This document shows, one piece after another, positions 32,759 through 39,805 of a stretch of 46,453 bases of DNA. Origin of the DNA: Verrucomicrobiia bacterium (lineage in GTDB: Bacteria; Patescibacteriota; UBA1384; CAILIB01); the NCBI GenBank assembly GCA_035460805.1, contig DATHWI010000120.1, positions 1-46,453 on the forward strand. The letters run 5' to 3'. Each line of letters starts with the position of its first letter. Position 1 is the stretch's first letter. A program made the translations under genes and the position numbers. Under the pieces are notes generated by a model. The model ran no database searches, was not told the origin of the DNA, and saw only the letters and a program-made list of their open reading frames with translations.

Positions 32759-33328
32759 TTAGGGGAAGAGGAGTAGCTTCACCTGCTCCCACTTCAGGGC
32801 AAGAAGCACTAGGAATGCGAGATTAGAAAGCGGAAAAACCACCAAGTTCTCAAACCACTTCCCGGTAATGATCCGCACACCCTCAAAAGGGCGGGGCGGG
32901 ATGCCAAACATCCGCTGACCCGGAAAGAGGAGCGGAATACCCTGGACAGTCACCATGTCGGCAACAAGGTGACTTACGTATGCCGCCATTCCCGCTGCCC
33001 GGACCAGTCCCATGTCTATCCCCCACCCCACTGGTGCCGAATTCCCTAGGAATGTCAGGCCATACCATACCAAGGCACAACCCAGAAGCGAGTGGGTAAG
33101 GTTGCGATGATCCAAAAAGAGTGCGGCAACTTTCCCTAAGTACCTACCCGTGGGAATTACCCGCCAAAAATCTGTCAGTGGCTGGTCTACATCTGGCAGT
33201 AAGGCCAAGAGGTGCGAGGTCACCAAGACCGCCGCAAACGTGGCAGGTTGGTAATGCGGGGGCGCTAGGGAGAGATAGGTCGCCAACCCGGCAGTGAGGC
33301 CAACGATTTGGTGGGTACGACCTAGCAT
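32759..33328 (-). CDS. Membrane-bound metal-dependent hydrolase (YdjM/DUF457 family)
   Basis: LGRTHQIVG, LLPDVDQP and HRNLTHSLLG motifs with TM helices. Confidence 0.8.
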   Translation of the reverse strand: MLGRTHQIVGLTAGLATYLSLAPPHYQPATFAAVLVTSHLLALLPDVDQPLTDFWRVIPTGRYLGKVAALFLDHRNLTHSLLGCALVWYGLTFLGNSAPVGWGIDMGLVRAAGMAAYVSHLVADMVTVQGIPLLFPGQRMFGIPPRPFEGVRIITGKWFENLVVFPLSNLAFLVLLALKWEQVKLLLFP

Positions 33329-33330
33329 GC

Positions 33331-33819
33331 TTACACCTTGTAACCAAAGTGCCGGACATCTTCCTCTATCCCGCCTGTGGCACGGTAAAACGCCAGTGCC
33401 CCATCGTCCACAATGTCAGCTTGCACGTATATCTCTGAAACATTGAGGCCGCGGGCGTGGTTTTTTAACTCCTCCAGGAGTTGCCGGCCAATTCCTTTCC
33501 GCTGATGACTCGTGAGGATAGCCAAATCGTACAGGTACATCTCATGCTTCTCCGCGTATACGGACGGCAACACATAAGCAGTCAGTCCGCCTACTATACG
33601 ACCCTCGTGGTATGCAGCCAAGAAGACAATCTCAGGGTTTTCCAGAAGGGATTGTATATGGGCCGAGGGTGGCAGGATAAAATTAGACAATTCAAAAACC
33701 TCTTTGTAGAGCTCAATGAGGCCGGTAAGGTCCGGGAGGGTGTCAACGCGCCTGTAGGTAAAAGGAGAGTTCATACCGGTATTATCCCATTTATTTGGTG
33801 GATAGTAACAAAGCAGCAA
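33331..33819 (-). CDS. GNAT acetyltransferase, AAC(3)-I-like (aminoglycoside 3-N-acetyltransferase type I family)
   Basis: LTAYVLPSVYAEKHEMYLYDLAILTSHQRKGIGRQLLEELKNHARGLNVSEIYVQADIVDDGALAFYRATG closely parallels, from memory, the AAC(3)-Ia segment [71 protein letters not shown]. Confidence 0.85.
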   Translation of the reverse strand: MLLCYYPPNKWDNTGMNSPFTYRRVDTLPDLTGLIELYKEVFELSNFILPPSAHIQSLLENPEIVFLAAYHEGRIVGGLTAYVLPSVYAEKHEMYLYDLAILTSHQRKGIGRQLLEELKNHARGLNVSEIYVQADIVDDGALAFYRATGGIEEDVRHFGYKV

Positions 33820-33821
33820 CT

Positions 33822-33847
33822 AAAAGAGAGGGCCATGTGGCCCCCTC
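33822..33847 (-). terminator. Rho-independent terminator
   Basis: Minus strand reads GAGGGGGCC-ACAU-GGCCCUCUC followed by UUUU. Confidence 0.7.
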
Positions 33848-33873
33848 ATAGATTTACCCGTTAGGTAATCTTC

Positions 33874-34062
33874 CTACAGCTCTCTCAGTCTCTGCCGGAA
33901 AGCCTTAGCCTGCGGTGAGTTCTGAATTTTCAGCAGATCAGATTTGGAAAGCCCGTCGTAAACGGAACCCGCCATTACCATCCGCTCCTTAGGCCTGCCA
34001 ATGCCAAAGGAGGCACGTACACGCAGAAAGGCTGCGTACCCTTTTGTTATCCACCTGAACAT
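33874..34062 (-). CDS. Small hypothetical protein (62 aa)
   Basis: The ATG has AGGAG 7 nt upstream. It has its own terminator. Confidence 0.6.
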   Translation of the reverse strand: MFRWITKGYAAFLRVRASFGIGRPKERMVMAGSVYDGLSKSDLLKIQNSPQAKAFRQRLREL

Positions 34063-34169
34063 CCCCTACTCCTTTTGGTAGCTTACATTGAGCCCTGCTC
34101 AGTGCGCTTATCCATACGTTAAGTGTATATCAGGAAAATGAGGAATGCGTAATGGGCTGATTAGCACAT

Positions 34170-34195
34170 AAAAAGAAGGGCCCATTGGGCCCTTC
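34170..34195 (-). terminator. Rho-independent terminator
   Basis: Minus strand reads GAAGGGCCCAAUGGGCCCUUC followed by UUUUU. Confidence 0.8.
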
Positions 34196-34212
34196 CATAG
34201 TCTTCTTACCAA

Positions 34213-34584
34213 TCACTGGGGCGCATAGACTGCGGACTCCCTTGTGATGTAGGTTGCCGCCCTCTCCAGAAAGGTGTCCTGGTTCAGTCCGCCAACGTTG
34301 ATTCCGTTAAGAACAATGTCGGCGATGAGCGACTGCAGCTCTTCAGGAAGCTTTCCTTCCTCGTGGCGGGCGGCAATCAAATCCGCCAATTCCGGTCGGA
34401 GGACTTCTTCCTTCTCGCCGCCCCCAAGGGGTGGCCGTCCAGAGTGAGCCAGGACCATCTCGTGCCGAAGTTTCTGGTCATTGATCTGCGTGGTGCAGAT
34501 AAGCCGGTACTCGTTGAATGCCATGTGAGGCTGGCTCTGGAGCCGGCCATCGGCCGCGTCCATGCCGTAACCATACTTGGTCAT
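34213..34584 (-). CDS. Hypothetical protein (start trimmed to the first ATG downstream of the predicted TSS)
   Basis: The ORF opens at GTG 34677, but that codon lies inside the promoter spacer. ATG 34584 is the first in-frame ATG after the predicted transcription start. Confidence 0.5.
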   Translation of the reverse strand: MTKYGYGMDAADGRLQSQPHMAFNEYRLICTTQINDQKLRHEMVLAHSGRPPLGGGEKEEVLRPELADLIAARHEEGKLPEELQSLIADIVLNGINVGGLNQDTFLERAATYITRESAVYAPQ

Positions 34585-34668
34585 ACCAACGGAAACGCTG
34601 ATGGTGGAATCTGGACGACACTGGATGGTCGTCCCAAAGAGGATAATCCTTTTCAAAATCACACCGTG

Positions 34669-34697
34669 GTTATACACTATTTTGCCTCTTTTGTCAA
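34669..34697 (-). promoter_or_regulatory. Sigma70-like promoter
   Basis: Minus strand reads TTGACA-N17-TATAAC. Confidence 0.6.
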
Positions 34698-34786
34698 TGA
34701 GAAAGAGGCTCTAGGATATAAAAAATCTCAGGTAACGTACCTGGGTGCTAATGATTAATGCCGTAGCCATCCCAACCCAGCAATAC

Positions 34787-34814
34787 AAAAGACCACCGGG
34801 AGAATTCCCGGTGG
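34787..34814 (-). terminator. Rho-independent terminator
   Basis: Minus strand reads CCACCGGGAAUUCUCCCGGUGG followed by UCUUUU. Confidence 0.8.
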
Positions 34815-34828
34815 CCGTAACTCAACAG

Positions 34829-35233
34829 CTAGATATCTCCAGGGCACCATGCGCAAAACGCTACGTGCTCAAGAGCTTCTCTTAACCGCTGAAGATTGGG
34901 AGCCCTGATGTACTCAGGGGTGAGATCCACATCGTTCCACCAAAGGTGGCTCGATATGCCGAAGCATTGAGACTCGTCGCTGTTTCCAGCATCGAGATCA
35001 ACCACTTCACTATCCCATTCCCCGAACCCGAGGGCAGTGCTGTCTACGATCCAGTCGCCATTCTTCTCTGTCATGTTGTTACCAACAATCTCAAAGTAGC
35101 CTGACTCCCGTTCCGAGACCTCAATCCAGTTACCCAGCCAAAGAGACGAAGCCTCTCCAACCAAGAACTCGACTGAGTTACCCAAGGACCCAAAACCCCG
35201 ATGTGACAAGAAAATTCGGATTACGTTAGACAT
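34829..35233 (-). CDS. Hypothetical protein (134 aa)
   Basis: ATG start with its own promoter and terminator. No recognised domain. Confidence 0.65.
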   Translation of the reverse strand: MSNVIRIFLSHRGFGSLGNSVEFLVGEASSLWLGNWIEVSERESGYFEIVGNNMTEKNGDWIVDSTALGFGEWDSEVVDLDAGNSDESQCFGISSHLWWNDVDLTPEYIRAPNLQRLREALEHVAFCAWCPGDI

Positions 35234-35291
35234 TAGTGGTGTCTACTCGTATCCAGAAGGCTCTACCGCATCCTTTTTCTTTGTCCGAGGG

Positions 35292-35320
35292 ATACTACCA
35301 CCTTAGAGGCGATTTGTCAA
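35292..35320 (-). promoter_or_regulatory. Sigma70-like promoter
   Basis: Minus strand reads TTGACA-N17-TAGTAT. Confidence 0.6.
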
Positions 35321-35330
35321 TCCTAGAGCC

Positions 35331-35362
35331 AAAAGAAAAAGGTGCCACACGTGTGTGACACC
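35331..35362 (-). terminator. Rho-independent terminator
   Basis: Minus strand reads GGUGUCACA-CACG-UGUGGCACC followed by UUUUUCUUUU. Confidence 0.85.
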
Positions 35363-35369
35363 TCAGAAC

Positions 35370-35861
35370 CTAGGCCGCCCGGTTTACCCAGGGCGTGACC
35401 CATTCGCCATCCGGATCACCCTGGACGCCTTTGGGAGGAATATCCCTCCAGCCATTCCAAGACGGCTTGTCTGGAAACCCGTACCCGCCCCACTTGGCAA
35501 AGTCCTCCAGGTGCATCCATAGGGAGTTTCGGAACTCAAAACCGTGAGGATAGACGCCAATGGCATCCAGTTTTTCTTCACAGTCCAGGAAGAGCGCCAT
35601 CGCCTTTTCAGGTTGAATTACGATTGGCTCGCGCTTTGGCGCCTCTGTCACATTTAAGGTGGGCAGGTCTTCCAGTTGGGCCATAAGGAAGTCTGGCTCC
35701 CCTCTCTCTTCCGTCAGCACCTCGCGGAAAAGCAGTACGGAAGGCGAAACGTTTTCTGTTGGCGTAGCGGGTGAGAGTTGAGGGCAAAGCGGCACCCCGT
35801 GCGCCGCAAACATCCCCTTAATAATGTCAAAACACTGTTCCTGCTCCTGCAGAGTAATCAC
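35370..35861 (-). CDS. Hypothetical protein (163 aa)
   Basis: GTG start with AAGGAG 7 nt upstream. It has its own terminator. Confidence 0.7.
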   Translation of the reverse strand: MITLQEQEQCFDIIKGMFAAHGVPLCPQLSPATPTENVSPSVLLFREVLTEERGEPDFLMAQLEDLPTLNVTEAPKREPIVIQPEKAMALFLDCEEKLDAIGVYPHGFEFRNSLWMHLEDFAKWGGYGFPDKPSWNGWRDIPPKGVQGDPDGEWVTPWVNRAA

Positions 35862-35948
35862 GTAATTCTCCTTCTCCGTCGTGCCGGAGCCATACCTGTT
35901 TTATAGGGATAAGATGCTCCAAGAGCAAGTTTTCCTACTCTTATCAGA

Positions 35949-35977
35949 TTGACAAATAGGCTTGAACATGCTACTAT
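35949..35977 (+). promoter_or_regulatory. Sigma70-like promoter
   Basis: TTGACA-N17-TACTAT. Confidence 0.6.
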
Positions 35978-36022
35978 CCTGCTCATGTTTAGCGTGATGG
36001 ATAACGCACGGGAGCGGCCCTA

Positions 36023-36400
36023 GTGGCAGCACCCCCTTGCAGCGCAGATTTGGCATATGGGTTCAGGATCCGAGACGAACACGGTGACGATGAATTCCGT
36101 GGCCCTAACAAGTCCACAGACGAGTACGCCAAGTTCCCCTGGATCGAAATGGTCCAGAACATACCCCATACGGCCAAATGCCCTGTAATGATCATGTCCC
36201 ATGGCACGTCAGATTGCCGATGCTACGCCCTCGTAGTGGAGGAATCCTGGCAGTCCATAGAGACATGGGACACCCTGGAACTTAGGCAAAAGCTGGAGGC
36301 CAAGCCTGAGTGGTCCACCACTCTGGAACAGTTCTGCACCGAGCACAACATTCCGTTCGTAGCTCCGCAGTTCCTCCTCACAACAGAACCTTCCTGGTAA
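36023..36400 (+). CDS. Hypothetical protein (start uncertain)
   Basis: 125-aa ORF with a GTG start and GGGAG upstream. A terminator follows directly. Confidence 0.5.
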   Translation: MAAPPCSADLAYGFRIRDEHGDDEFRGPNKSTDEYAKFPWIEMVQNIPHTAKCPVMIMSHGTSDCRCYALVVEESWQSIETWDTLELRQKLEAKPEWSTTLEQFCTEHNIPFVAPQFLLTTEPSW

Positions 36401-36404
36401 ACAA

Positions 36405-36429
36405 CGGGCGCCCAATGGCGCTCGTTTTT
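36405..36429 (+). terminator. Rho-independent terminator
   Basis: CGGGCGCC-CAAU-GGCGCUCG followed by UUUUU. Confidence 0.75.
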
Positions 36430-36567
36430 CTTTGTCCCCCTATCTTGCTAGGCTGAACCCATGCAACCTACGCTCCATATAGTGAGGGTAACAGAAGCTG
36501 GACAAGCCTTACTTGTCCAAGTGGCACAAAGCTAGCATCAGAGGAGGCGTTCTGCCTTAATAAAGCC

Positions 36568-36783
36568 ATGAATGAGTATTGGCGGAAACGGATTAACCTA
36601 GCTTTTTCTTCACCACTAGGTGGAGACCCCGACTGGGACAGGGATGAGATGGGGCCACGCGTTAGCGATAACCCCCGCTTTCTCCAGCGGTTGTCTGACC
36701 AAGCCGAGAGTGAATCAGGCAGCCCCCTCAGCGATGATGACTACCAAAAAATTGCGGCCAATATGATGCCCACTGCAGGTTGA
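36568..36783 (+). CDS. Small hypothetical protein (71 aa)
   Basis: ATG ORF followed by a terminator. There is no convincing SD. Confidence 0.4.
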   Translation: MNEYWRKRINLAFSSPLGGDPDWDRDEMGPRVSDNPRFLQRLSDQAESESGSPLSDDDYQKIAANMMPTAG

Positions 36784-36808
36784 ACTGCCACCATGCACGC
36801 TCCCCCTA

Positions 36809-36840
36809 AGCCTTGTCCGAGACGACAAGGCTTTTTCTTT
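36809..36840 (+). terminator. Rho-independent terminator
   Basis: AGCCUUGUC-CGAGAC-GACAAGGCU followed by UUUUCUUUUU. Confidence 0.75.
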
Positions 36841-36916
36841 TTGAGTGTCGCCCGTACCTACCCCCTTCCCATAAAGCTGGTATATTAGGCGCACACGTCA
36901 TATCAGCATACTTCCC

Positions 36917-37345
36917 ATGGGCACTATTAAAACCGTTGTGAGCGATGCAAGTGTAGAACGCTTTATCCAAACAGTGGAAGACGAGAAGAAGCGGGCCGAC
37001 GGCACTACCCTCTTGGAAGTGTTTGCCCGCATAACCGGCGAAAGCCCCAAGATTTGGGGCACCAGCATTATTGGCTACGGCCAGTACCACTACAAATCTG
37101 AGAAAAGCCGCCAGGAAGGCGACTGGTTTTTAACCGGTTTCTCCCCCAGGAAAGACAAGCTTACGCTCTACATCATGTCCGGGTTTGAGAACTATACGGA
37201 CTTGCTGGGCAAGTTGGGCAAGCACAAGACAAGCCAGGGCGGGTGCCTCTACATTAACAAGCTTGCCGATATCGATATGGATGTTTTGGAGACGCTTATC
37301 GCCACATCTTTTGAGGATATGAAGAAGCTCCATCCTGCTACCTAA
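36917..37345 (+). CDS. DUF1801 (YdhG-like) domain protein
   Basis: 142 aa. The overall pattern (FIQTVEDEKKRADGTTLLEVF...KIWGTSIIGYGQYHYK...LTLYI) matches the family as I recall it. Confidence 0.8.
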   Translation: MGTIKTVVSDASVERFIQTVEDEKKRADGTTLLEVFARITGESPKIWGTSIIGYGQYHYKSEKSRQEGDWFLTGFSPRKDKLTLYIMSGFENYTDLLGKLGKHKTSQGGCLYINKLADIDMDVLETLIATSFEDMKKLHPAT

Positions 37346-37361
37346 GCTAGGTTGGGATAAG

Positions 37362-37389
37362 AAAAAGACCAGGCCCACAGGCCTGGTCT
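37362..37389 (-). terminator. Rho-independent terminator of the 37404..37754 gene
   Basis: Minus strand reads AGACCAGGC-CUGUGG-GCCUGGUCU followed by UUUUU. Confidence 0.7.
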
Positions 37390-37403
37390 ATGTGATATTC
37401 AAC

Positions 37404-37754
37404 CTAGTTACTCTCCAGTAGGTCCCAGAGGATATTCTCTAACTCTTCCCTGGAGATGTCCGGGTTTTCCTTGAAAGCACCTGTCAGTGCCTCTACCCGT
37501 TTTGCCCCTAACTGATGGAGAAGCTCTGCAGTGCGCGAAACCTTGCCCACTTTTGCGGCGTCGCGCGTACCAGCCAAGAACCTGAGGCCTTGGGATTCAT
37601 TGTCAAAGAGGCGGGAGATCCGTTTGGATTTTTCCCCATCTTTCACAATGTACTGCACACGCCACTTGCCTGCGCGCCTTCCCGACATCACCTGCCGGCA
37701 TGATCCCTCGTTGTTCTTGGCCCGCGACCTGGTTACGCCTATAGCCTTTGTCAT
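37404..37754 (-). CDS. Hypothetical DNA-binding protein, possibly AP2-like
   Basis: The ATG has GGAGGTGG upstream. RRAGKWRVQYIVKDGEKSKRISRLFDNESQGLRFL resembles the G-K-W-R-A-x-I...G-x-F-x-T-x-E-E-A pattern of bacterial and phage AP2 domains. The assignment is weak. Confidence 0.6.
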   Translation of the reverse strand: MTKAIGVTRSRAKNNEGSCRQVMSGRRAGKWRVQYIVKDGEKSKRISRLFDNESQGLRFLAGTRDAAKVGKVSRTAELLHQLGAKRVEALTGAFKENPDISREELENILWDLLESN

Positions 37755-37853
37755 CTTTTACCACCTCCGGCATCCTTTGCCACCGGCAGAGTATCAAAAG
37801 GAGGTTTTGCTGTACAGGTTGGCCAGACGTTTTAAAGGTTTGGGGGCATAGCG

Positions 37854-37877
37854 AAAAAGGGCCCCGTATGGGGCTCT
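37854..37877 (-). terminator. Rho-independent terminator ending the 39.7-to-37.9 kb transcription unit
   Basis: Minus strand reads GAGCCCC-AUAC-GGGGCCC followed by UUUUU. Confidence 0.6.
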
Positions 37878-38138
37878 TTGGTATTCTGCAATCTTTTAAG
37901 ACGATGTGGCTGTCAGCCGTGACTCCCTCGTCCCGCAGGACGAGGGCGAGCCACTCCACATGCACGGTTGCAAGTGAACAAACTTGGTAATCTCCCACAT
38001 GGCTTTACGCGCATGGAGGACTACCTGGGGGATTCCTGGGGCCGTGCACGGCTCCCACAGGATCTCGCAGCTGTCCCTTGGGTGGTTTGTAGCACCCCAC
38101 GCTCATACGCGTCCGCAGCGATTGTTGAAGGAATGGTA

Positions 38139-38188
38139 GTTTCCCTCTAGTTCAGGCTCCACTCGTTGAGTGAAGCCGGATAAGAAGG
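38139..38188. repeat. Intergenic repeat R1, copy 1
   Basis: GTTTCCCTCTAGTTCAGGCTC (21/21 identical to 38936-38956), then a related tail ...AGTGAAGCCGGATAAGAAG. Confidence 0.85.
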
Positions 38189-38299
38189 TCGGTTTAGATA
38201 AAGGCACATACATACAGAAAGCCCTTTCTCCCTCGCACCGATTGCGAGTAATTCTGTCGTTTCTTAGCTGTCGACTTCGCGGCGGGAATTAACCACCGA

Positions 38300-38318
38300 A
38301 CCGTTCTCGGTCAGCGAG
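38300..38318. repeat. Intergenic repeat R2, copy 1 (immediately 3' of the stop at 38320)
   Basis: ACCGTTCTCGGTCAGCGAG, 19/19 identical to 38990-39008. Confidence 0.85.
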
Positions 38319-38319
38319 T

Positions 38320-38886
38320 CTAGAGCATCACCAGCTCGTACTCAGGCTCAACCTTGCGGGGGGATGAAGGAACCTCCTCCGGAAAGGCCTGATCTCCGAA
38401 GAGATACAGCCCTATCCGGGGGTACAGCACCATCCTCTTCTCCGACAAAGCCCGGAAAAGAACACAGGATCGCCCTTCTTTGGTAAGTGGACAGAAATCC
38501 ACCACCTCAAGGAGCAACTCCCCCATTCCGCTCCCATGAGCACTCCGGTACACATGGGTGAGCCATGGATACTCTCGGGAGTGCTTACAGGTGCCCGCAA
38601 GCTCGCCGCCCGGAGACCCGAGGGCATAGACGACATTTCTGCCCTCTATTCCACCGGATCCCCCGTACACGCTGACATCCGTCAGGACTATCAGCGTCTC
38701 CTTCTCCGTTACCGCCGAGCGGTGCAAGAGAATGGAGATGACCGACTCCTTATAGAAGGTCAGGTGACGGGACCGCGGGTGAGACGCACTGTGCTTCTCC
38801 AGAGACTCTACCCATTTCTGGGTGTTCTCAGGCAGGCCAGCTAAGACAGGAAAGGTAGCGAGAATTTCTTCTTGAGTTCGTTTCAT
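38320..38886 (-). CDS. Hypothetical protein (188 aa)
   Basis: The ORF opens at ATG 38898. The second ATG, 38886, has better spacing from the AGGAGA in the shared leader. No recognised domain. Confidence 0.7.
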   Translation of the reverse strand: MKRTQEEILATFPVLAGLPENTQKWVESLEKHSASHPRSRHLTFYKESVISILLHRSAVTEKETLIVLTDVSVYGGSGGIEGRNVVYALGSPGGELAGTCKHSREYPWLTHVYRSAHGSGMGELLLEVVDFCPLTKEGRSCVLFRALSEKRMVLYPRIGLYLFGDQAFPEEVPSSPRKVEPEYELVML

Positions 38887-38935
38887 AATAGTTTCCATCT
38901 CCTAGCGTCGGCCGCAACCCTGTAAAATTTCGGAG

Positions 38936-38987
38936 GTTTCCCTCTAGTTCAGGCTCTACCCCACAAGGAGTAAAGCCAGATAAGAAG
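38936..38987. repeat. Intergenic repeat R1, copy 2
   Basis: GTTTCCCTCTAGTTCAGGCTC, then ...AGTAAAGCCAGATAAGAAG. Confidence 0.85.
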
Positions 38988-38989
38988 TG

Positions 38990-39008
38990 ACCGTTCTCGG
39001 TCAGCGAG
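38990..39008. repeat. Intergenic repeat R2, copy 2 (3' of the stop at 39036)
   Basis: ACCGTTCTCGGTCAGCGAG. Confidence 0.85.
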
Positions 39009-39035
39009 CTAGCTAGCAGCCCTATGAGGGATCCC

Positions 39036-39602
39036 TCAGGCGGGAAGCTTGAGCACCTGTTTACACGCCTGTTGAAAGGCGGCAAGCCAGTACTCAACTC
39101 TTTCCTTCCTGTAGTCCGGCTGCATCCGCACCTCCTCAGTATGCTCGTACCCATGGGAGATGTGCTTCCCGTCCGCCCCCTCATAGAGTGGAGTCTCCCA
39201 CCCCAAGTACACACAAACGCACTCCAGCCTCTCGGCATGGTGGCCTTCACTTGTACAGTGGATGTAGGGAACTCCCTGTTCTTTGGCTTTTTGAGCCAAA
39301 AGAACACCGCTGGGCTCCTCCTCTGAGTGAGCCCTAGCAATCTCGAATGAGCTGTAGAAGTTGTCCTTATAGGACGTCTTCTCTGCTGCCTTCAAGATTC
39401 CCAGCCACAAGCGACGCATTTCGAGAATGCTAGCCTGGCCCTTCGGAAGGTGAATGTCGATCATTGCGAGATCGACCCCTCCCTCCTCCAGTCGCGCCTT
39501 ACCTTCCTCATAAGAGGTGGCAGTTACGACCTGATGGCCAAGCCCGATCAGGGCGGTAGCGGCGACGTCGGCGAATCTATCATCAATAACCAAAATTCTC
39601 AT
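39036..39602 (-). CDS. CheY-like receiver (REC) domain protein with an unrecognised C-terminal domain
   Basis: MRILVIDDRFADVAATALIGLGHQVVTATSYEEGKARLEEGGVDLAMIDIHLP is a receiver-domain N-terminus with a candidate phospho-acceptor Asp. ATG 39602 is 10 nt after AGGAGA (the ORF opens at 39689). Confidence 0.75.
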   Translation of the reverse strand: MRILVIDDRFADVAATALIGLGHQVVTATSYEEGKARLEEGGVDLAMIDIHLPKGQASILEMRRLWLGILKAAEKTSYKDNFYSSFEIARAHSEEEPSGVLLAQKAKEQGVPYIHCTSEGHHAERLECVCVYLGWETPLYEGADGKHISHGYEHTEEVRMQPDYRKERVEYWLAAFQQACKQVLKLPA

Positions 39603-39697
39603 ATCTTTCATTCTCCTAGCGCCGGCCGCTACCCAATCTTCAAAGTTCATGTGCTGTAGTGCGGTCTGCTTTCGCTTCTCACACTTCAACGAGCAGC

Positions 39698-39726
39698 ATT
39701 ATAGCTCACAGAGCCTACTTTGTCAA
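39698..39726 (-). promoter_or_regulatory. Consensus sigma70 promoter
   Basis: Minus strand reads TTGACA-N17-TATAAT, a perfect consensus. It predicts an ~85-nt leader. Confidence 0.7.
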
Positions 39727-39746
39727 TAAGTTTAGGCGTTTATCTA

Positions 39747-39775
39747 TTGACTTATTAGGTTAATAAGCGTAGAGT
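39747..39775 (+). promoter_or_regulatory. Sigma70-like promoter for TrmB paralog 3
   Basis: TTGACT-N17-TAGAGT, back to back with the minus-strand promoter. Confidence 0.55.
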
Positions 39776-39805
39776 ACTCTAATAACGACTAATACTTTCG
39801 TCATT

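Noticed and set aside
37603-37998. The 131-aa minus-strand ORF.
   Set aside because: It reads through the terminator at 37854-37877 and into the upstream region and 5' end of the 37404-37754 gene in another frame.
37878-38319. RNase P RNA, tmRNA, SRP RNA or a group II intron domain V in the structured non-coding tract.
   Set aside because: On both strands I looked for GAGGAAAGUCCGG with ACAGAA..CCGGCUUA, for a GGGGCUG...UCCACCA acceptor with a T-loop, for the SRP GGAA/AGCA motifs and for the domain V consensus. Only isolated fragments appear (CCGGCUU, ACAGAAAGCCC, GAGCCGUGCACGGC), and they lack the partner elements.
38101-39035. Integron-like gene cassettes with attC sites, suggested by repeats between unrelated promoterless-looking genes.
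   Set aside because: No integrase is present. The repeats lack the RYYYAAC...GTTRRRY inverse-core/core pair and the imperfect internal dyad expected of attC. The terminal inverted similarity (CTAGCG.. versus ..CGAGCTAG) is weak.
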